Shown: in pieces, positions 22,663-36,180 of the stretch
Position numbering within the stretch: position 1 is the stretch's first letter
How the letters are laid out: every line of letters begins with the position of its first letter
Assembly: GCF_963921235.1 (NCBI RefSeq)
Contig: NC_086109.1
Span: forward strand, 5,458,001 to 5,522,000
Reading direction: 5' to 3'
DNA from: Mobula hypostoma
Lineage: Eukaryota
Length of the DNA stretch: 64,000 nt
The notes under the pieces: generated by a model
The model's database searches: none
Told to the model about the DNA's origin: nothing
The model's input: the letters and a program-made list of their open reading frames with translations, nothing else
Position numbers and translations under genes: made by a program

Positions 22663-23868
22663 GTGAGTGGAATCCGCCCCCCTTGGGTGGGGAGGGTGGG
22701 CCCGGAGCGCTGATGCCAGTTGCGGGGTCCCGGGGAATGCGGGGGGTGTGTGTGTGGGGGGGAGGTAGGTGTTGCGTACCGCGGGGTTTCCGTATCGCGG
22801 TGTTCCCGGGGGGGTGGGGGTGTCTCTGGGTTTATGACGCAAATGGTGTGTCTGATTGGTATCGCGGGGCTCACGGCGCAAGTGAGGAGGATTAACTGCG
22901 TATTGCGGGGGAATTTGCATGTCGCGGGGGCCCCTGAATGGAAAGTTTACATGTTACGGGTCGCCGGATCCCGGCGATCGAAGTGTCGTAGCCGGGTCGG
23001 TGGCTGGAATTTCCCACACGTTTTATCTCGCGGCCGAATTTGCGGTGGTCGCCGAGTCCGCTCGTTGGACTAAACTCCCCCCTGTTAGTGTCCGGAGACT
23101 CCCTTTCCCCGGTCTGTCCGCTGTGTCCCACGGGGTCTGCCTGACCCCTTTCCCACCCAACCAAAATTTCACTTGAAATAGATAAGGCGTGCATTTTTAT
23201 AGCGCCCTTTTACGGCCTCGGTTTTCTCAGATTTGTACCGCCCAGGACTACCTACAAAACCTAGCCACTGTTATAATGAAGCGTACGTACCAGACTACAA
23301 GTCCATAGCAAGCTCCCAGAGTTGGACTTTATAGTTTGAAGATTCATTGAAGGGGTAGGTGTAGGTCTCCGTAAATAAGAAAGAGGTACTGGACACCTCA
23401 GTGGGCATAAGGATGGGTGAATCCTCAGGACCTGGACGTGCTGGCGTTGGAGAGGGTGCACAGGAGGTTCAAGAGAATGATCCTGGGAATGAAAGGGTTA
23501 ACGTATAAGGAGTGTTTGATAGCTCTGGACTTGTGATCGCTGGAGTTTAGGAGAACGGTTATTACCCCCTCAGCCGCCAGACTCTTGAATCGAAGGGGAT
23601 AACTTAACTTGCTGCATCATTGAAATGTTCCGACAACAAATGGACTCACTTTCAAAGACTCTTTCATGTTCTCAATATTCATTGCTTATTTATTTATTAT
23701 TACTATTAATTTATTTTAGTATTTGCACGGTCTGTTGTCTTTTGCGCCTTGGTTGAGTGCCCAGTTGGTGCCTGGATTTCATTGATTCCATTGTGATTAT
23801 TATTCTAATACTGTATGGGTTTATTGAATAAGCTCACAAGAAAGTGAAACTCAGGGTTGTGAATGATG

Positions 23869-24200
23869 ATAGAACATAGAACATAGAATAGTACAGCACA
23901 GTACAGGCCCTTCGGCCCACAGTGTTGTGCCGACCCTCAAACCCTGCCTCCCATATAAGCCCCCACCTTAAATTCCTCCATATATCTGTCTAGTAGTCTC
24001 TTAAACTTTACTAGTGTATCTGCCTCCACCACTGACTCAGGCAGTGCATTCCACGCACCAAACACTCTCTGAGTAAAAAACCTTCCTCTAATATCCCCCT
24101 TGAACTTCCCACCCCTTACCTTAAAGCCATGTCCTCTTGTATTGAGCAGTGGTGCCCTGGGGAAGAGCCGCTGGCTATCCACTCTATCTATTCCTCTTAT
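23869..24200 (-). mobile_element. Young CR1 3' fragment (third family)
   Basis: ORF 23937-24182 is almost identical to the C-terminus of 61719-62132. AGAACAT tail, ATGATG on both flanks. Confidence 0.9.
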
Positions 24201-25764
24201 GATGTGCGGGCTTTGATAATAAATTTACTTTGCACTTTGAATGATGGTGGGTGAGACGGGATCTCATTGAAACCCATCGAATAGTGGACATGGGAAGGGT
24301 GGTTTCCTACATTGGGGCAGTCTAGGACCAGAGGACACAGCCTCAGAATAGAAGATGTCCCTTTAGAACAGAGATGAGGAGGAATTTCTTTAGCCAGAGA
24401 CCGGTGAATCTGCGGAATTCATTGCCTCAGACGACTGTGGAAACCAAGTTATTGGGTCCATTTTGAAACGGAGGTTGATAGGTTCTTGATTAGTCAGGAT
24501 ATCACAAATTACAGAGAGAAGGCAGGAGAGTCGGGTTGAGAGGCATAATAAATCAGCCATGATGGAAAGACAGAGCAGACTCGAAGGGCCGAATGGTCTA
24601 ATTCTGCTCCTATGTCTTATGGATGAAATTTATTGCACACAGCTATGGGAAATAAGGGAGGAGATTTCTGGGGCTCTGTTTAAGATGTTTTAAATCCTTT
24701 TTGAACACCAGTGAGATACCAGGTGACTGGAGATTCAGATTCATTGAAGCATACAGTGAAATGTGTTGTTTGTGTTAACAACCTGCACCCAAATATGTGC
24801 TGGGGGCAGCCTGCAAGTGTCGCCACACATTCTGGCGCCATCGTGGCCTGCCCACAATGCTTGGTAAATCAGTGCAGAGCACAACAAGCAATAAAACAAC
24901 AACAGCAAAATGAGCCCCTTTATGTACACACACTGTCCTCCAATTCCAGGACAGGTCCAGACTCCAGGCTTCCAACATCAGGTTTGACTTCCACACCTCT
25001 GAGCGACCGTCGGGCTTCGGGGATGGCAATACGGCACCACTTTGCAAGTAGGAAAAAGCCTGATGGCTGTAGTAACCTCAGTGATAGGGAAGGTACTGGA
25101 GAGATTAATGATCTCTTGGGAAGGCAGGGACAAACAATGTGGTTTTGTGAAGGGCAGATCTTGCTCAGTAATTTGGTTGAACTGTTTGAAGAGCGGACAG
25201 ATGTTGATGAGAGCAGGGTAGTAGATGTGATCTACATGGACTTTGGTAAAGCCTTTGACAGCTCCCACGTGGGAAACTGGTTCAAATGGCTGGGACCAAT
25301 TGGATCCAGGTCAAGTTAGCAAACTGGATCCAAAATTGACTGGGCAATTGACAGGGACAGCACAGGAGGGAAGCGGTTAACGGTTACCTTAATGCTGTGA
25401 CAGTGGTACGGTAGTGTAGCGATTAGCGTGACGCTATAACAGTGGTACAGTAGTGAAGCGGTTAGCGTAATGTTATAACAGCGCCAGTGGTAAGATCGGA
25501 GTTCAACTCCTACTGCTCGCTGTAAGGAGATTGTATGTTCTTCCTGTGACCGCTTGGATTTCCTCTGGGTGCTTTGGTTTTCTCCCACTTTTGATGGAGG
25601 TACAGGTTATGGTTGGTAGGTTGTGGGCATGCCATATTAACACTGGAAGCGTGGCAACTCTTGTGGGCAGCCCCCATCACATCCTTGGACTGTGTGGGTC
25701 ATTTCACTGCATGTTTCCTTGTTCTGATGGACCTGTGAAGAATAGTGCTGATGAATCAGTGCCA

Positions 25765-26220
25765 AGATGAGGAGCAACACTTTATATTCCGTCTGGGTAG
25801 CCTCCAACCTGATGGCGTGACTATCAATTTCTCCTTCTGGTAATAAATGTTTCCCTTCCCATCCCCTCTTTTATTCCCCACTCTGGCCCCTTGCCTCTTC
25901 TCACCTGCCTTTCACCTGCCTCTGGTGCCCCTCCTCCTTCCCTTCCTCCTACAGTCCACTCTCCAACTATCGGATTACTTCACTTCCAGCCCTTTACCTT
26001 TCCAACTCTTCACCTATCACCTTCTGACTAGCCTCGTTCCCCTTCCTCCACCTTTTTATTCTGACCTCTTCCCCTTTCCTCCAGTCGTGAAGAAGGGTCT
26101 CTGCCCGAAACGTTGACTGTTTATTCATTTCCATGAATTCTGCTTATCCTGCTGAGTTCCTCCATCATTTTGTGTGTGCTGCTTTGGATTTCCAGCAGCT
26201 GCAGAATCTCTTGTGTTTAA
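25765..26220 (+). mobile_element. Penelope-like element 3' end / pseudo-LTR with degenerate minimal hammerhead motif
   Basis: GAGGAGCAACAC...GGGTAGCCTCCAACCTGATGG (GIY-YIG C-terminal DNA), pyrimidine-rich tract, CAGTCGTGAAGAAGGGTCTCTGCCCGAAACGTTGACTG at ~26082-26119. Confidence 0.7.
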
Positions 26221-27684
26221 GAGATGTTAACAGTTTGGAGTGTAGTATTAGGATAGAAAGAGATGTCGATGTGTTGGTGAAAGGGGCTGAGAAATGGCAG
26301 ATGAAGTTTAATCCCAATGAATGTAAGGCAGAACATTTTTGGAGTACTGATCAGGCCATGATATATATCTTGAGTAGTAGATTCTTGGGGAGTACTGAGA
26401 CATTGAGGGACCTTGGAGTACATCGATGCTTTATTGAAAAGCCAGTGCAGGTAGATAATGTTTTGTAACTTCAAAACATTAAACTAATTCAAAAAGAAGA
26501 CACAGGAGTCCAAAATGTGAGCATAACTTCGTGTTTACTTTAAGTGAGGTGCATACCTGTCATGTGGTAGTGTGATAACGTGTGCCATTCACATACTTTT
26601 ACGTGTAATCTGTAATGAATTACGTAAATGTATTGTTTGATCCTTTGTTGTTTACAAGATTACTCAAACATCAAGTAGACGACAGGTAACAGTGAGGAAG
26701 TCAGATTCGGATTGATCTATCGCATGTACATTGCAACATACAGTGGAAATGTGTCATTTGCATTAACAACCAACACACTTAAGGGGGCAACAACAACAAA
26801 ATAAAATATCAGCAAAACAAGCCCCTTCCCCACCCCTCCCAACTCATCCACTCACTCACACATTGAGTCAGACCTCCCACTCTAGAAGCCTTGGACTTGC
26901 ACGGACCTCCAAGCCCAGGACTCGCTGGCCTCCGCCCTCAGTGCCTGCCGAGCCGACCTCGAACCTGGATTGACACGGACCTCCGAGCCCAGGACTCGCT
27001 GGCCTTGCGGGGTGGGTGGTGGGTGTTTACCAGCCACATGCCTCCTGTCCACCTTCATTAGTTGGGACATGCAGTATAAGAGTAGGCAGGGTATGCTGCA
27101 ACTTGATGAGACCTCAGCTGGCGAACTCCGCACAGTTCTGGTCACAAGGAGGTGATAGCCGTGGAGAGGGTCTGGAGTCTCACCATGACATGGCCTAAAA
27201 TGGAGCAGTTCAGATATGAGGAGACTGGAGAGGCTGAGTTCATTCCCCTTGGAGCGGAGGAGGGTTAAGAGGGGATTAGATTGAATTACATAAAATTGTG
27301 AGTATAGGTGGGTTGGGCCAAATAGCCTATTTCTAGGAGTCTTTGACTCTGACTAATTAGCAATGCCCAGGGAACTCCCTGCAATCTGACATAATCCTTC
27401 GAGATCCACTGTGACGGACTGGAGCTGGGTTTACATAGTTAATCTCTGCCACTTGCATCTCATTCTCCGGTGTATAAGGGGTACTCCGACAATGTCATCA
27501 ACTCGAGTTTGCCGACTCCGCCGTTTTCCAGAATTTCCCACACGGGAGCTCTGCGTCAAGATTGTTTAATTAAAGCGAGTTTGGAGACTTGATGAAGTCG
27601 TTAATCCTGAGAGGTTAGTTTTAATAACCTGGGCAGCCTGTTCTCTGGAAATGACGTCACGGAGAGCTGGGACACACAAATCGG

Positions 27685-27892
27685 CAGACGCTGGAACCTA
27701 TAGCAAAGCACAGTCTGTTGGAGGAGCTCAGCAGGTCAAGAAGCATCTGTAGAGAGGGAATTCACATTCAACCTTTCAGGTCCAGACCCTTCATCTTTAC
27801 CTCTGTCCAAATGAAGAGTCTCGACCCAGAATGTCAACCATCTGTTCCTTCCACAGATGGCACCTGACTTGCTGAGTTCCTCCAGCAACTCC
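27685..27892. mobile_element. Fold-back (palindromic) Penelope-terminus-derived element
   Basis: TGTTGGAGGAGCTCAGCAGGTCA...GACCCTTCAT is inverted against ATGAAGAGTC...TGACTTGCTGAGTTCCTCCAGCA. Confidence 0.65.
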
Positions 27893-28859
27893 TGGTTTCT
27901 TTTTCGCTTTGGGGGAAGTTTAATAAGGAGTGTTGAAGGTTAAAGATTAGCTTTATTTGTTGCACGTACATTGAAACATACAATGAAATGTGTAATGTGC
28001 GTCAAATCAAATCTGCGAGGATTGTGCTGGGCAGCCTGCAAGTTGAGTGAAGATCTTACCATGGGTGAGTAAAGGACTTAGTGAACAGACCTCTGGCCTG
28101 GACAACTTTCACCAAACCAGGAGACTCCTCAATCTAACAAACACAAAATGCCGGATGAACTCAGCAGGTCAGACAGCATCTTTGGAAGTGAAGAAGCAGT
28201 CTGAAGTCTCCAGTCCTGGTGATAGCCCTGTCATTCCCTCAGTAGCCTCACACCCTTCTCGTACTACGGTGACCAGACCTGCAGACACGGCTCCAGCTCT
28301 GGCCAACTCTTGTTGCCTGCCGATCTAGACATGAGCCACAACCCAACAGGAAGATGCTTAAGGCAAAGCACATAAAGTGCCAGAGGAACTCAGCAGGTTA
28401 GTCAGCATCTATAGAAATGAATAAACAGTTGACTTTTCAGGGCGAGATTCTTCGGGACTGAAATGGAAGGGGAAAGACACTAGAATAAAAAGGTCGGGTT
28501 GGGGTGGGGAAGGAGGATAGCTAAAAGGTGAGAGGTGAAACCAGGTGGGTGGGAAAGGTAAAGGGCTGGAAATGGAGGACTCTGATAGGAGAGGAGAGTG
28601 GAAGAAGGAGGGGACCCAGGGGAGGTGACAGACAGGTGAAAAGAGGTATGGGGCCAGAGTGGGGAATAGAAAAAGAGGGGAGGGGAGAGGGAATTTTTTT
28701 TACGAGAAAGAGAAATCGATATTTATAGCATCAGGTTGGAGCACTTTTTGATCAGGCTTTGACTGCCAAAAGCCGCTTTAATGATTGCAGTGTCAGCTTC
28801 ATAAAGTGCCAATATAGTGCTCAAATGTTTCCCAACAAACTCTGCTGAACTTGACCGTG

Positions 28860-29130
28860 GTGGCACAGCAGTGTGCTGGTGAGCACAATGCTTTATGGTG
28901 GCAGGTTCAATTCCCACCGCGGTCGGTAAGGAGTTTGCATGTTTTTCCCGTGACGGCGCAGGTTTCCTCCAGGAGCTGCAGTTTCCTCCCACAGTCGAAA
29001 GATGCACCGGTTGGTAGGTTAATTGGTCATTGTAAATTGTTTGGTGATTAGGTGAGGGTTAAGTCGGGGGTTGCTAGACAGTGCAGCCTGAAGAGCTAGA
29101 ACTGTCTATTCCACACTGTATCTCAATAAG
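28860..29130 (+). mobile_element. V-SINE (HE1-like); related fragments at ~8620, 9740, 21300, 25440, 29960, 35070, 40760, 44385, 56790
   Basis: GGTTCAATTCC B-box followed by V-domain GGAGTTTGCATGTTTTTCCCGTG...GTTTCCTCCCACAGTC. Confidence 0.7.
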
Positions 29131-29189
29131 TATAATATAAAAACTAGCTGACTTCTGAGTAACGTAACTTAAATTTCTATAACTGTTCA

Positions 29190-29845
29190 TGTATTGAGAG
29201 CATCCTGGGCAGCTGCATCATGGCCTGGTTCGGAAATTGCACCGTCTCGGATTGCAAGACCCTGCAGTGGATAGTGAAGTCAGCTGAGAAGATCATTGGG
29301 GTCTCTCTTCCCGCCTTCACAGACATTTACGCCACACGCTGCATCCGCAAAGCAAACAGCATTATGAAGGACCCCACGCACCCCACATACAAACCCTTCT
29401 CCCTCCTGCCATCTGGCAAAAGGCACCGAAATATTCGGGCTCTCACGACCAGAGTATGTAACAGTTTCTTCCCCCAAGTCATCAGGCTTCTCAATACCCA
29501 GAGCCTGGACTGACACCAACCTACTGCCCACTACTGTGCCTATTGTCTTGTTTATTATTTATTATTATTTATTGTAATGCCTGCACTGTTTTGTGCACTT
29601 TATATAGTCCTGGATAGGTTTGTAGTCTAGTGTAGTTTTTGTGTTTTTTCTTACGTAGTTCAGTGTAGTTTTTGTGTTTTTTCTTACGTAGTTCAGTGTA
29701 GTTTTTGTGTTTTTTCTTACGTAGTTCAGTGCAGTTTTTGTATTGTTTCATGTAGCACCATGGTCCTGGAAAACATTGTCTCATTTTTACTATGTTCTGT
29801 ACCAGCAGTTATGGTTGAAATGACAATAAAGGTGACTTGACTTGA
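29190..29845 (+). mobile_element. Rex1/Babar-like LINE 3' fragment with internal 33-bp x3 tandem repeat
   Basis: ORF 29220-29513 (AWFGNC...DPTHP...FSLLPSGKR...NSFFPQVIRLLN), repeat at 29628-29740, AATAAA then a (GACTT)n tail. Confidence 0.8.
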
Positions 29846-30548
29846 CGATGGTCAGATGCACTTCCTTGTTAGTGCTGAGCAGGAGTTTAGTGAGGTATTT
29901 CCTACTTACCTGAATGAGCAGTTCCAGTGGAGGAGCATCCACTGTGCCCCTACAGTGGAGAGCACAGCAGCGTTGTGACCTGGGTTCAATTCCCACCACT
30001 GCCTATGAGGAGTTTGTATGTTCTCCCCTTGACCACGTGGATTTCCTCGGTGTTCTCTGGTTTCCTCCCACATTCCAAAGGCGCATGGGTTAGGGTTGGT
30101 ATGTCGGCGCTGGAGGTGTGGCAAGTCTTGGGGGCTATCCCCCCCCCCAGCGCGTCCTTGGACTGTGTTGATTGTTGACGCAAACGCCTCATTTTGCTGT
30201 ATGCCTCGATGTTCGTGTGACTAATAAAGCTAATCTTTTTTTTAAAAATCTCCATCTTCAATGTACTAGAGGGCATAGGTTTAACCTGAGAGAGGAGGAA
30301 TTCAATAGGAACCTGAGGGGTAACTTCTTCCTGCAAAGGGTGATATCTCTGTGGAACGAGCTGTCAGCAGAAGCGGTTGAAGCAGGAACATTAACAGCAT
30401 TTAAAAGTCAATTGGACAGGTAGATTGGTAGACAAGATTGAGAAGGTTCTGGACCAGACACTGGTAGATGAGACTATTTTGGATAGGCATCTTAGTCTGC
30501 ATGGACCAGATGGGCCAGAGAGCCTGTTTCAGTGCTGTATCTCTCTGT

Positions 30549-31098
30549 GCTCAGAGGCCACTTTATTATGAAGCTCCTGTACCTAATAAGTTGGCCACCG
30601 AGTCTACGTTTGTGGTCTTCTGCTGCTGTAGCCCATCTACTTTAAGGTTCGACGTGCTGTGCGTTCAGAGATGCTGTTCTGCACACTGCTGTTGTAACAA
30701 GTAGTTATTTGAGTTGCTGCCACCTTCCTGTCAACTTGAGCCCATCTGGGCCATTTTGCTCCGATCTCTCTCATTAGCAAGGCGTTTTCGCCCACAGAGC
30801 TGCTGCTCACTGGCTGTTCTTTGCTATTTGCACCCTCCTCTGTGAACTCCAGAGACTGTTGGCGTGTGAAACTCCCAGCAGATCAACAGCTTCTGAGATG
30901 CACCAACAATCATTCCACGGTCAAAGTCACTTCGATCACATTTCTTCCCCATTCTGATGTTTGGTCTGAAAAAGCAGCTGAACCTCTTGACCGTGTCTGC
31001 GTGCTTTTATGTATTGAGTTGCCACGTGATTGGCTGATTGGATATTTGCATTAACGAGCAGCTGTATAGGTGTATCTAATAAAGTGGCCACTGGGTGT
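30549..31098. mobile_element. Non-autonomous Tc1-like element, second TIR family
   Basis: CTCAGAGGCCACTTTATTA at left, TAATAAAGTGGCCACTGGGTG-TA at right, extra inverted TIR at 30582-30605. Confidence 0.7.
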
Positions 31099-32072
31099 AT
31101 ATCAAAACAAATTTAGTAACAAATTACATTTATGTCACAATATACAACCCTGAGATTCATTTTCTTGCGGGCATGCTGAAATAAATCTATAGAATAACAA
31201 CCATAACAGAATCAATGACAGATCGTCCAACTGGGGCATTCAACCGGAGAGAGCAGAAGACAACAACCTGTGCAAAATTAAAATTAAAGAAATAATCATT
31301 TAAAAAGCAATAAATATGGAGAACGTGAGATGAAAGAGGCCTTAAAAGTGAATCCATGGATTGTGGGAACAGTTCAATGATGGGGCAAGAGAAGTTCAGT
31401 GAAGGTATCCCCTCCGGTTCAAAAGTCTGATGGTTGAGAGATCATAATTGTTCCTCAGCTTGCTGGTGCGATCCCTGAGGCTCTTGTACCTTCTTCCTGA
31501 TGGCAGCAGCGAGGGGAGAGCATGTCCTGGGTGGTGGGAATATGATGTACGGATTACGTTGAGAGAAAGTTAGTAAATGTAAGTCTGACTGGGCTGAATG
31601 GCCTGTGGCTATGAAACAGATGTTAGTTCATGGAGACCAATATCTGTCCTTTCCTTTAGCAAGCAGAGTTACACCCAGTTTCCCAGACGTGATGTGACTG
31701 ATGCATTATTCAACAGCATACCAATCTTTTTTTTGTACTTCTCCCTCTGCCAATAAAGCTAATAGTTTGTTTGCCTCTTCTCCCAGTTGAATGTGTATGT
31801 TACACACTGCTTAGTCGCTCAGGTTGCCTGGGAAACGTGCATTGCAATGAGCAAACTGCGCTGTAAACCCCATGAGATTTTAAGCTATTAAATATCAACT
31901 AATGTTTGATTATTTATAATGATCACCCTCGCTGTGCAGTTCAGGGATTTGTGCATCAATGCCTGATGTGATTTATTTTTGATAGAGTTTATAAAAAATA
32001 GGTTTGTCATTATGTAAGAGTCAGCCAAGAAAATTCCTACAGCAGCCGAATATGTTTTCCTGGTCACTTGAT

Positions 32073-32280
32073 TATTATGTGCTGTGTCGTACGACGTGGG
32101 CGATCATGGTCTTCCCATGACTATGATTGTTCTTGGCAAATTTTTCTACAGAGGTGGTTTGCCATTGCCATCTTCTGGGCAGTGTCTTCACAAGACGGGT
32201 GACCCCAGCAATTATCAATACTCTTCAGAGATTGTCTGCCTGGCGTCAGTGGTTGCATAACCGGGACTTGTGATAAGTAC
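32073..32280 (-). mobile_element. SINE-like element with RTE-like tail (partial)
   Basis: GTGGTTTGCCATTGCC...AGAGATTGTCTGCCTGGCGTCAGTGG matches the 34615-34980 family. Confidence 0.7.
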
Positions 32281-32617
32281 AGGTCCTGGTGCAGAAATTA
32301 GAATGCAGTGGGCGAGGAACAGGGACAGGTTCTGTCTGTTCTTCACTAAGACTGTGGCTGATCTGATTTCTGAACCAGATGTATGTCGAGTAAATCTTCG
32401 AACTGCTTTTAATGCTTCCTTAAATAAGGAGTCTACAACTCTACCTAGCCCTCCAGGTGTGGTCTTACCAATGTCTGCTCTAACTGAGCCACATCCTGTC
32501 AATATTAGGCGTATGCCACCACCCCTACCCTCTGTCCCTTTTCTGTCTCCTCCTGATCTATCCAGTTCCTCCAACACTCGCCCAAACCCCCATCATCCTG
32601 TTTCTCTCCCTTCCCAC

Positions 32618-33484
32618 CCCCACTGTTCCCATCTGTCCATCACCCACACACTCCTCCCACTGGGTCCCCTCCCCCCACTGTTCCCATCTGTCCGTCATCC
32701 CCACACCACTCCCACTGGGTCGCCACCCCCACTGTTCCCATCTGTCCATCACCCACACACTCCTCCCACTGGGTCCCCTCCCCCCACTGTTCCCATCTGT
32801 CCGTCACCCACATACTCCTCCCACCGGGTCCCCTTCCCCCACTGTTCCCATCTGTCCATCACCCACACACTCCTCCCACTGGGTCCCCTCCCCCCACTGT
32901 TCCCATCTGTCCATCACCCACACACTCCTCCCACTGGGTCCCCTCCCCCCACTGTTCCCATCTGTCTGTCATCCCCACACCACTCCCACTGGGTCCCCAC
33001 CCCCACTGTTCCCATCTGTCCATCACCCACACACTCCTCCCACTGGGTCTCCTCCCCCCACTGTTCCCATCTGTCCGTCACCCACACACTCCTCCCACTG
33101 GGTCCACCCCCCACTGTTCCCATCTGCCCGTCACCCACACACCCTTCCCACCGGGTCCCCTCCCCCCACTGTTCCCATCTGTCCGTCACCCACACACTCC
33201 TCCCACCGGGTCCGCTCCCCCCACTGTTCACATCTGTCCGTCACCCACACACTCCTCCCACTGGGTCCCCTCCCCCCACTGTTCCCATCTGTCCGTCACC
33301 CACACACTCCTCCCACTGGGTCTCCTCCCCCCACTGTTCCCATCTGTCCGTCACCCACACACTCCTCCCACCGGGTCTCCTCCCCCCACTGTTCCCATCT
33401 GTCCGTCACCCACACACTCCTCCCACTGGGTCCCCTCCCCCCACTGTTCCCATCTGTCCATCACCCACACACTCCTCCCACTGT
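32618..33484. repeat. ~55-bp C-rich minisatellite, ~16 copies
   Basis: Unit CCCCACTGTTCCCATCTGTCCRTCACCCACACACTCCTCCCACYGGGTCCCCTCC with starts 54-55 bp apart. Confidence 0.95.
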
Positions 33485-34614
33485 TTCATTTTCACTCCCG
33501 GCCATTTCTGGCATCTCCTAGCTTGAGTGCTTGAAGCCACAGTGAGCAAAACAGTTCTGGATTGTCTTGCTGCTTATTTCTTGCCAGCTATCAGTGACAA
33601 AAATCACTGCTTTCTGAACACAAACACGCACAACTGATGCTATTTAAAAGCTGTTCACTCTAAGCCCAGTGTAGTGTCTAACAGCCACACAATTGGACGT
33701 GACTGATGCAAGCTAGAAGCTTCGGCAGGCATCTCCTCTGCTGTCCCAATTAAGCAGCATAGTGTCCCAAATAAACGAAGGGAATCCCGGCTATTTTCTT
33801 GATTAGTTTTTGTTCTTTAAGATTTGTCCCAAATAAGTGCCTGCCCAATTTTATATATATTTGTCTTTTTTTTAATTAGTATGTTTTGCACTGTAAAGCT
33901 GCTGCAAATTTCACAACATATGCCAATAATACTAAAGCTGATTTTGGCATCTTCCCCCAGTGAAGAGTCTCGGCCTGAAACGTTGACAGTTTATTCCTCT
34001 CCATACTGTAGGTACTGCCTGGCCTGCACTGTTCTTTGAGCATTTGTCAAATATCTCTGCCATCTCTTGCCTCTCTCTTGCCATTTAGATAACTTGCTAT
34101 GTGTTTCTGCCAGCAAGTCATCTCCCGTTTTCCCATGCTACACTTCACGTGCCAGGTGACTCATATGGGTGGAGAGAAAGGCAAGGACCCAGTGTATATT
34201 CTCATCTCTGCAGCTTTTTCAGGGATTGTATTCTCAGACTGTTCCTGCCTTTACTCATTAGTTCCTAGGCTTGATTAGTCTACATCTCTGTCGAAATATT
34301 ATCCATTGTAGGAGATCAAACCAGATATTTTCAGAAGAAACAGTTAATTTCTTAAATGTTACGATTGTATCTGCCTCAACTACTTCCTCTGGAGCTCGTT
34401 CCATATACTCAGCATCCTCTGGGTGAAAACATTGCCCTTTAGGCCCCTTTTAAATATTTCCCCTCTCACCGTAAATCAAAGGTTCCTAACCCTTTTTTTA
34501 TGCCATAGACCAATATCTTTAAGCAAGGGGTCTGTGGACCACATGTTGGGAAATCCTGCACTAAACCTATGCCTTCTAGTTTTGGATTCCCTACCCTGGG
34601 AGGTGAGTGGAGAG

Positions 34615-34980
34615 GTGGAGATACATCTCTACCAAAGGAGGTGTAAGGCTCTCCTTCCCTCCGTTAGCCTGCAGGTCACTCTTGGGCAAGGTGTAGCTCC
34701 TGCTTATCCCCTCGATCAGGGTCATGTGAAGCCGTGGGGGCAGGTGGTAGATGCTCGTATGAGCAGCTGGTGCAGATCACTGGTTATGTGACCACTGACG
34801 CCAGGCAGACAATCTCTGAAGAGTATTGATAATGACTGGGGTCACCTGTCTTGTAAAGACACCGCCCAGAAGAAGGCAATGGCAAACCACTTCTGTCGAA
34901 AAATTTGCCAAGAACAATCATGGTCATGAAAAGACCACGATTGCCCAAGTCATATGACACGGCACATAACGAACAAATGA
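34615..34980 (+). mobile_element. SINE-like element (~360 bp) with RTE/BovB-like tail
   Basis: GTGGAGATACATCTCTACCAAAGG head, GGCAATGGCAAACCACTTCTG tail, five copies in the window. Confidence 0.75.
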
Positions 34981-35479
34981 ACCCTGGGGAAAAGATTGTT
35001 ACAATCCGTCTTTTCAATGCCTTTTCATAACTTTATAACCTTCTTTAATATAATCTTCATTCTCCTGTCGGTGTTCGATTCCTGCTGCTTTCTGTAAAGA
35101 GTTTGTGTGTTTCTCCCTGTGACTGTGTGGGTTTCCTTCGAGGCGCTCCTTTCCTCCCACATTCCAAAGGCGTACGGGTTAAGATTAGTAAGTTGTGGGT
35201 ACGCTATCTTTGCACCGGAAGCATAGTGATGCTTGCGGACTGCCCCCAGCATATCCTCACTTATTTGATTTGAGGGAAACAATGGATTTTACTGTGTGTA
35301 AAGCTAATACAACCTTCAAAATCTGGTTTATTATCAGTGACATATGTTGTGAAATTTGATGTTTTTGGCAGCAGTACAGCATAAGTCTTTGAAAGACAAC
35401 TTTCTTCCTCATGCCCATCTGAAATGGGCAGCTCCTTGTTCAAGAACAAAGCTCCCTTGTTCTAGAATTAGTCATATTT

Positions 35480-36050
35480 ATTATCACTGGCATATCTCAT
35501 GAAACCTGCAGCACAGTACGATACGTAACAATTACTTGAAGTTACAATAAGAAATATAAAAAAATAAGTTGTGTACAAAGAAAGTAAAATAGTAAGGTAG
35601 AGTTCATGGGTTCATGGTCCATTCAGAAACCTGATTTCGGAGGAGAAGAAGGTGTTCATGAATCTCTGAGTGTGGCTGTTTAGACTCCTACACATCGTCC
35701 CTGATGACTGTAACGAGAAGAGAGCATATCCTAAATGGTGAGGGTCCTTAGAGATGGGTGCCACCTTCCTGAGGCATTGGCTTTTGAAGATATCATTGGT
35801 GGGAGGAGGCTCGAGTTGGCTGAGATTACATCCCTTTGCAGCTTCTTCCGATGCTGTGCATTCGAGCCTCCATACCAGATGGTGATGCAACCAGTTCGAA
35901 CACTCTCCACCGTACATTTATAGAAACTTGCTGGAATCTTCAGTGACATACAAAAAGTTCCCAAAATTTTAATGAAACGTCATGGTTCCTTTGTGATTGC
36001 ATGAATGTGTTGGGCCCACAACAGATCCTCTGAAATGTTGACACTCTGCA
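35480..36050 (-). mobile_element. Old Rex1/Babar-like LINE 3' fragment
   Basis: FYKCTVES...GCITIWYG and DPHHLGYALFSL...SG motifs in ORFs 35731-35964 and 35612-35917. Confidence 0.75.
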
Positions 36051-36180
36051 ACTATACACTGGGTGCTGTTTAAATATGGGGAGAGTCCCATTCCAGAACC
36101 CCCTCCCCCTCTGGGTGAAAATTTTCTCCTCGTTTCCGCTCATACCTTTTCTGATAATAGTTTTAATTCTCTGCAGCTTG

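Larger units (their letters stand above)
21900..23150. promoter_or_regulatory. CpG island / promoter of the + strand host gene
   Basis: Sharp CpG and GC enrichment relative to the CpG-depleted flanks, GC boxes (GGGGCGG at 22364, CCGCCCC at 22674), and exon 1 inside it. Confidence 0.85.

Noticed and set aside
22428..23194. Several overlapping ORFs across the CpG island
   Set aside because: Expected in GC-rich stop-poor DNA. Only the segment ending at the 22662 donor has support.
32618..33484. CRISPR-like regularly spaced repeats (also 14967-15092 and 54800-55022)
   Set aside because: Units are head-to-tail with no unique spacers, there are no cas genes and the context is vertebrate. These are minisatellites.
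34089..34155. Extra internal exon (good acceptor and CAG|GTGACT donor)
   Set aside because: 67 nt, phase 1 to 2, would frameshift exon 2, and no compensating exon was found. Probably a pseudo-exon.
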